64,000 nt of DNA from Candidatus Parcubacteria bacterium. Its GTDB lineage: Bacteria > Patescibacteriota > Patescibacteriia > Patescibacteriales > UBA12075. The position numbers and the translations under genes are program-made. The notes below the pieces were generated by a model, which ran no database searches, had not been told where the DNA came from, and saw only the letters and a program-made list of their open reading frames with translations. Positions 58,804-64,000 of the stretch are shown here, in pieces. The number at the start of each line of letters is the position of its first letter. Positions within the stretch are counted from its first letter, which is position 1. The stretch is taken from positions 157,006 through 221,005 of the forward strand of contig PKTK01000001.1 of NCBI GenBank assembly GCA_002869165.1, in the 5' to 3' direction.

Positions 58804-58872
58804 ATCTTAGTTAGAGAAACAGCTGCATCGTTATATCGAGATTTTAGTAGTGGTCTGGATGGTTATAATCAA

Positions 58873-59364
58873 TTGGCTATTCAGGAATTTTCCAAAGCTC
58901 ACGAGCTTGAGCCATCAAATCCTGTTTTATTAGCTGAGTTAGGACAAGTATTTTTAGATGCTGGGAACTTGGAGAAAGCTCAAGAATCATTTTTCGCGGC
59001 AGTTGATCTCAAGCCGGATCATAGCATATCACTATTTGGAAAAGCCAAAGTACTTGTAAGAAAAAACGAATTTGCTGAAGCAGAAGCTATATTAAATGAA
59101 TTAATAACTACCAATAATAATCCAGAAGTTTATTATGAATTAGGTTTGTTATATTTTAATAATGAAATGATTGATGAGGCATATAAATATTTTCAAATTG
59201 CTACTACCTATAATCCGTTACATTCAAACTCGTTGTTTGGTTTAGCTTTGATTTTAGAAAAAAGAGGAGACACAGATCAGGCTTTGGCTTATTTGAGAAA
59301 AGTGCAGAAAATTAATCCTAACAATATTGAAATTATTAGGAAAATAGAAGAGCTAGAGCAATAG
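58873..59364 (+). CDS. tetratricopeptide-repeat protein (probably the C-terminal part of the upstream gene)
   Basis: TPR units (AELGQVFLDAGNLEKAQESFFAAVDLKPDH etc.); the track start is a TTG in the same frame as 57163..58803, with a single TAA between them. Confidence 0.6.
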   Translation: MAIQEFSKAHELEPSNPVLLAELGQVFLDAGNLEKAQESFFAAVDLKPDHSISLFGKAKVLVRKNEFAEAEAILNELITTNNNPEVYYELGLLYFNNEMIDEAYKYFQIATTYNPLHSNSLFGLALILEKRGDTDQALAYLRKVQKINPNNIEIIRKIEELEQ

Positions 59365-59439
59365 ACTATATATTTTTGACAAATACAAAATATTACTTTA
59401 TAATATTTTTGATACCTATTTTTTAGGTATTTTTTCATT

Positions 59440-59523
59440 GCCCAGGTGGCGGAACTGGTAGACGCGCGGGACTCAAAATCCCGTTCTGGCAACAGAGTGC
59501 GAGTTCGATTCTCGCCCTGGGCA
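59440..59523 (+). tRNA. tRNA-Leu (anticodon CAA), long variable arm, no encoded CCA
   Basis: Acceptor GCCCAGG/CCTGGGC, anticodon stem CGGGA/TCCCG with loop CTCAAAA, T-arm GCGAG-TTCGATT-CTCGC. Confidence 0.9.
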
Positions 59524-59532
59524 CAAAAACAG

Positions 59533-59559
59533 AGAAAGCTAAAAAGCTTTCTTTTTTTG
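59533..59559 (+). terminator. rho-independent terminator after the tRNA
   Basis: AGAAAGCT-AAAA-AGCTTTCT followed by T7. Confidence 0.8.
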
Positions 59560-59725
59560 TAGGTCCAGGGTGGAAGCAAACTCGCATATGAGAAGTACAG
59601 AATTCAGCACCAACTAAGCTTTAGAGTAATCAGAATATAAATTGAGAACAAGGAAATTCTTGAGGGGGTGCCCTTTACAAAACAAGCCTTAATGAGCTTG
59701 TTTTTTATTGGCAGTTTTATGTTTA

Positions 59726-59765
59726 AAAGGTATTAATAGGGTATTAATACCATATTAATACCTTT
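59726..59765. promoter_or_regulatory. 40-bp near-palindrome with three TATTAATA cores spaced 11 bp apart, candidate operator or centromere-like site upstream of parAB
   Basis: AAAGGTATTAATAGGGTATTAATACCATATTAATACCTTT; cores at 59731, 59742 and 59753. Confidence 0.35.
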
Positions 59766-59895
59766 TTGTTTGAAATAAGCAAAATTGCGTTTAATGTTGT
59801 TGTGAATAAAATTTTTTATTATTTGCCGTATGGTAAATTTTAGTGTATAATATGGATAACTATTTCTATAAATAGTAGTTTATTATTGTAATAAA

Positions 59896-60699
59896 ATGGC
59901 TAAAATAATATCGGTTGTAAACCAAAAAGGAGGAGTTGGTAAGACTACCACAGCTGTAAATTTGGGGGCGTATTTGGCTTTTTTGGGAAAGAAAGTGTTG
60001 TTAGTTGACATTGATCCTCAGGCAAATGCCACTAGTGGTATTGGTATCGATCACAAGGAATTACCTCACGGAATATACGAGGCTTTGATTGGCAAGGAGC
60101 CTGTTTTTAAAGTTGTTAAAAGAACTATTCAAGATGGTTTTAAAATTGTTCCTTCTACATTATCTTTGGCCGGGGCTGGAATTGAATTAGTTGATATGGA
60201 TCAACGTGAATATAGATTGAAGAATATTTTGGAAGAAGTGAGAAATGAATATTATTATATTATAATTGATGGGCCACCATCTCTTGGTCTTTTAACAGTA
60301 AACTCTTTAGTGGCAGCTGATGAGGTTTTAATCCCAATTCAAAGTGAGTACTATGCTTTGGAGGGACTTAGCCAGTTGCTTGAAACTGTTAATTTAGTAC
60401 AGACACATTTAAAGCCAGAGTTGTCTGTAATGGGAGCTGTTATTACTATGTTTGATAAACGCAACAAGCTTTCAACTCAAGTTATGAACGAGCTATATGA
60501 ACATTTTCCTAATAAAGTTTTTCGTACCGTTATTCCTCGAAGTGTTAGATTAGCCGAAGCTCCAAGTTTTGGTAGATCAATTTTGCATTACGAACCCAAA
60601 TCAAAAGGCGGTAAAGCTTATGAAAGACTTGCTAAAGAGCTAATAGATTTGGAAGTTAACAATGAAGTCGCATCTAATCCCTATAAAATAAATTTTTAA
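59896..60699 (+). CDS. parA: chromosome partitioning ATPase ParA/Soj
   Basis: Deviant Walker A NQKGGVGKTTTAVNLG; IIIDGPPSLG. Confidence 0.9.
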   Translation: MAKIISVVNQKGGVGKTTTAVNLGAYLAFLGKKVLLVDIDPQANATSGIGIDHKELPHGIYEALIGKEPVFKVVKRTIQDGFKIVPSTLSLAGAGIELVDMDQREYRLKNILEEVRNEYYYIIIDGPPSLGLLTVNSLVAADEVLIPIQSEYYALEGLSQLLETVNLVQTHLKPELSVMGAVITMFDKRNKLSTQVMNELYEHFPNKVFRTVIPRSVRLAEAPSFGRSILHYEPKSKGGKAYERLAKELIDLEVNNEVASNPYKINF

Positions 60700-60703
60700 A
60701 ATT

Positions 60704-61567
60704 ATGGCAAATAAAGGTTTGGGCCGAGGTTTAGGTTCATTAATACCAAACAAACAAGCAACAGTGCAGGTTGATTCTAGTCAAACCCAGGTTTCTGATA
60801 GTGATGTGATAAGACATGTAGATATAAATGAGATTAAAGCTAATCATTTGCAACCAAGAAAGCAATTTCGTGACTATAAACTGGAGGAGCTTAGTGAGTC
60901 TATTAAAGAGCATGGAATTTTACAACCTTTGATAGCTACCAAAAAAGGCGATAAATATGAACTTATTGCTGGTGAGCGTCGTCTGCGAGCTAGTAAATTA
61001 GCAGGACTTACTGAAGTGCCGGTAATTATTCGTGAAGTTGATGAGCAAAAAAGACTAGAACTTGCCTTGATAGAAAATATTCAAAGAGAACAGCTCAATC
61101 CAATTGATTTAGCTAAATCATATTCTCAGCTTATGGGAGAGTTCAATTTAACCCAGGAAGATGTAGCTAAAAAAGTTGGTAAGGCTAGATCGTCAATCGC
61201 TAATGTACTTCGCATGCTTAAGTTGCCAGAGGAGATACAGCTTGCTTTAATTGATGGAAAGATTACTGAAGGTCACGCAAAATATTTAATTGGAATCGAA
61301 GAAGAAGGCAAACAACTTAGACTTTTTAGAACAATTTTACATAACAATCTATCAGTAAGTGACACTAGTCAAGAAGCAAGAAAAATGGGTGGTACTAAAA
61401 AGGCCAGGGTGAAAATAAATTACACTGACAAAGATAAGGAGTTCAAGTTAAGAGAGTTTTTTGGTGCTAAGGTTGAAATAAAAAGAAAGGGTAAGGGGGG
61501 TAGGATAATGATTGACTTTTTTTCTGATGATGAACTTCAAGAAATAATGGGTAAAATTAAAAGTTAA
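60704..61567 (+). CDS. parB: chromosome partitioning protein ParB/Spo0J
   Basis: GLGRGLGSLI, ParB box LIAGERRLRASKLAG, HTH QEDVAKKVGKARSSIANVLR. Confidence 0.9.
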   Translation: MANKGLGRGLGSLIPNKQATVQVDSSQTQVSDSDVIRHVDINEIKANHLQPRKQFRDYKLEELSESIKEHGILQPLIATKKGDKYELIAGERRLRASKLAGLTEVPVIIREVDEQKRLELALIENIQREQLNPIDLAKSYSQLMGEFNLTQEDVAKKVGKARSSIANVLRMLKLPEEIQLALIDGKITEGHAKYLIGIEEEGKQLRLFRTILHNNLSVSDTSQEARKMGGTKKARVKINYTDKDKEFKLREFFGAKVEIKRKGKGGRIMIDFFSDDELQEIMGKIKS

Positions 61568-61583
61568 GACTACTTTTTTATAT

Positions 61584-61656
61584 GTGTCATTCTGAGCAGA
61601 GTGGAGGATCTTGTAAATAACGGGATTTTTCACTCCGCTCAGAATGACACTTTTTT
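61584..61656 (+). terminator. hairpin made of two inverted GTGTCATTCTGAGC elements plus a T-run, probable parB terminator
   Basis: GTGTCATTCTGAGCAGAG (61584-61601) matches the reverse complement of 61633-61650 at 17/18; TTTTTT follows. Confidence 0.65.
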
Positions 61657-61751
61657 ATTTGAAGTAGAATCCCAAGCAGTGAACGTGATTGTTTAATAAT
61701 TTGAATATATTTGCAAAAAAATATGCAATCTGGCCTAATATTATTGCAATT

Positions 61752-61779
61752 TTGCTTTTAAAAAATAAAGTGATATAAT
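61752..61779 (+). promoter_or_regulatory. candidate promoter of dnaE with extended -10
   Basis: TTGCTT 61752-61757, 16-nt spacer, TGATATAAT 61771-61779. Confidence 0.45.
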
Positions 61780-61869
61780 GAAGTATCATGTAAGCATGTA
61801 GGCAAGTAAATGTATAAGTAATTTAGAAAATTATTTAAGAAATGTGTTAAATGTTTTAGTATTTTAAAT

Positions 61870-64000
61870 GAAAAATAATAATTTTGTTCATCTTCATGTG
61901 CATACTCATTATTCACTGCTTGATGGACTAACAAAATTAGATGAACTTATTACCACTGCTAAAGAGCAGGGGTCACCGGCTGTAGCCATAACTGATCATG
62001 GGGTCATGTATGGTGTTGTTGAGTTTTATCAGAAGTGCGTAAAGGCTGGTATTAAACCTATTATTGGTTTAGAGGGCTACATGGCACCTGGTTCCCGTTT
62101 TGACAAGATTACTAGAACGGATGGTAAACTTAATTATCATCTGCTTTTATTAGCTAAAAATGAAACTGGTTACAGAAATCTAATTAAACTCACATCCATA
62201 GCTCATTTGGAAGGATTTTATTATAAACCAAGGTTTGATTGGGAGAGTTTAGAAAAATATTCAGAAGGCTTAATCGCATGTTCTGCTTGTTTAGGCGGCG
62301 AATTACCTACTTTGGTTAGAAGTGAGAATTGGGCAAAAGCCAAAGAAAGGGCTGGAGATTTTTTACGTCTTTTTGGTGAAGGGAATTATTATTTTGAACT
62401 TATGCATCATCCTAATTTACCAGAACAAAAGATAAGTAATGAAGGACTTATAAAGTTGGGTAAGGAGATGGGTATACCTATTGTGGCCACCAATGATGTT
62501 CATTATTTAAAAAAAGAAGATAATGAAGCTCAGGATATTTTGCTTTGTTTAAAAAATAAGAAAAAACGAGAAGATATGGACAGAATGATAATGACTGATA
62601 GTGACTATTCCTTTCGTCCAAATCAAGAAATGATAGATAATTTTCATGATTATCCTGAAGCAATTGAAAATACGATAAAGATCGCAGATAAATGTAATGT
62701 TGAAATTGAACTTGGTAATATTCAGTTGCCATTTTTTCAGGTTGAAGAAGGTTATGATGAGTTTACATATTTGCGAAAATTGTGTGAAGACGGTTTAATG
62801 AAGCGATATGGGAAAAACTATCAGGAAGTTGAAGAAGTTACTAGAGAGAGAATGGATTATGAGCTTTCAGTAATTCAAAATATGGGCTGGCCATCATATT
62901 TTTTGATTGTGGCTGATTTTGTGAATTGGGCTAAGAGACAAGGTATTGTAGTTGGGCCTGGTAGAGGATCGGCTGCTGGATCACTGGTTTGTTACTTGAC
63001 TGGTATCACTAACCTTGATCCACTTGAATATAATCTGCTCTTTGAAAGATTTCTAAATCCTGACCGTATTTCTATGCCTGATATTGATCTCGATTTTGCT
63101 GATGCTAGACGAGAAGAGGTGATAAATTATGTAGAAGATAAATACGGTAAGGATCATGTTGCTCAGATAATTACTTTTGGAACCATGGCTGCTCGAGCAG
63201 CGGTTAGGGATGTGGGGAGAGTCTTGGGAGCGCCATATGATTATTGTGATACTCTAGCCAAGATGATACCAATGTTTACTAAAATTAAAGATGCTTTGGA
63301 TAATGTAGCTGAATTTAGTGATATTTATAAAAGAGAAGATACAGCTAGACAGATAATTGACTATGCATTGCGCTTAGAAGGCGTATCTAGACATGCCTCA
63401 ACTCATGCTTGTGGCGTGCTAATTACCAAGAAGCCATTAATAGAATATACTCCAGTCCAGTATGCTTCATCAGCTGACAAGTCTGTTGTATCTCAGTATT
63501 CACTTCACCCAGTAGAGGATTTAGGTCTTTTGAAAATGGATTTTTTAGGGCTTAAGAACTTAACTATTATTGAGTCGGCAATCAGGATTATTAAAAATGT
63601 AAAAGGTGATGATGTTGATATAGACAAGATACCTCTTGATGATGAAAAAACATTTAAGCTTTTTCAAAAAGGTGAAACTACTGGTGTATTCCAATTTGAA
63701 TCTTCTGGTATGAAAAGGTATTTAAAAGAACTAAAACCTTCTGAGTTTGAGGATGTGGTAGCTATGGTAGCCTTGTATCGACCTGGGCCAATGGAATGGA
63801 TCCCAGATTATATTTCAGGTAAGCACGGACGTAAACAACCGAGTTATTTACACCCAAAGCTAGAGCCAATTCTTAGAAAAACTTATGGGGTGGCAATTTA
63901 CAAAGAGCAAGTTATGCAGATGGCCAGGGATTTGGCAGGCTTTACTATGGCGGAGGCTGATGTTTTGAGAAAAGCAGTAGGAAAAAAAATTCTCAAACTA
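61870..64000 (+). CDS. dnaE: DNA polymerase III alpha subunit, 5' part (runs off the window)
   Basis: PHP domain FVHLHVHTHYSLLDG; ...GVFQFESSGM..., ALYRPGP; I saw no stop in the parts I translated, and the ORF track lists no closed + strand ORF here. Confidence 0.9.

Noticed and set aside
59289-59579. 96-aa minus-strand ORF
   Set aside because: It overlaps tRNA-Leu and its terminator on the opposite strand.
59561-59585. SRP (4.5S) RNA, because AGGTCCAGGGTGGAAGCA resembles the AGGUCCGGAAGGAAGCA helix-8 motif
   Set aside because: No GNRA-type tetraloop with a proper closing stem can be drawn. The complementary 3' strand motif is missing, and the rest of the region is unstructured and AT-rich.
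59524-59600. A tRNA-adjacent integration site, since CCAGGGTGGAAGCAAACTCG weakly echoes the tRNA 5' end
   Set aside because: The similarity is to the 5' end rather than the 3' end of the tRNA and is short and degenerate. No integrase or second repeat delimiting an island is visible.
59580-61870. Canonical parS (TGTTNCACGTGAAACA) near or within parB
   Set aside because: I could not find a CACGTG-centred 16-mer by eye in this region. The call is left open and the TATTAATA array is reported as an alternative candidate only.

Overview
AT-rich, gene-dense window with about 55 credible CDS and one tRNA. I found no rRNA and no CRISPR array. The gene content suggests a Patescibacteria/CPR-like ultra-small bacterium (inference). 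That content includes several four-helix-bundle 'IVS-protein' genes, a CPR-type T4SS pilin, DUF2207, many Cys-rich or TSP3-repeat exoproteins, a four-subunit 2-oxoacid:ferredoxin oxidoreductase, and almost no biosynthesis genes. The genetic code looks standard, because TAA, TAG and TGA all end well-supported genes. Housekeeping genes are porG-porD-porA-porB (minus strand, interrupted), leuS, metG, rsmA, rsmI, xth, radA, a yvcK-like gene, parA-parB, the 5' part of dnaE, tRNA-Leu(CAA), an ECF sigma module and two DsbA-like oxidoreductases. The main accessory content is an 18.7-kb co-directional locus (27.9-46.6 kb). It combines a 2560-aa Cys-rich secreted giant protein (three CenC-like CBM modules and a PKD-like end) with a minimal Gram-positive-type T4SS-like gene set: VirB6-like, PrgI/VirB3-like, VirB4 and a VirB8-like candidate. 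No relaxase or VirD4 is visible. A second exoprotein cluster lies at 20.9-26.9 kb. The most unusual features seen directly in the sequence are listed here. (1) Three roughly 410-445 bp cassettes each hold one four-helix-bundle gene between inverted repeats, like rRNA intervening sequences but placed between protein genes, including inside the por operon and inside the T4SS-like locus. Gene-less hairpins and solo arms of the same arm families also occur. (2) The por operon is split by a pilin-like gene and a DUF4258/DUF2283 pair. (3) LeuRS carries an embedded Nudix domain and an in-frame copy of a dispersed TGTCATTC... element. (4) Three conserved genes (leuS, a RayT-like transposase gene, an O-antigen-ligase/TPR gene) continue in frame past a TAA stop. 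(5) Several dispersed hairpin and palindrome families are present, and two promoters share one architecture. All functional calls rest on motif recognition by eye; no database search was run.
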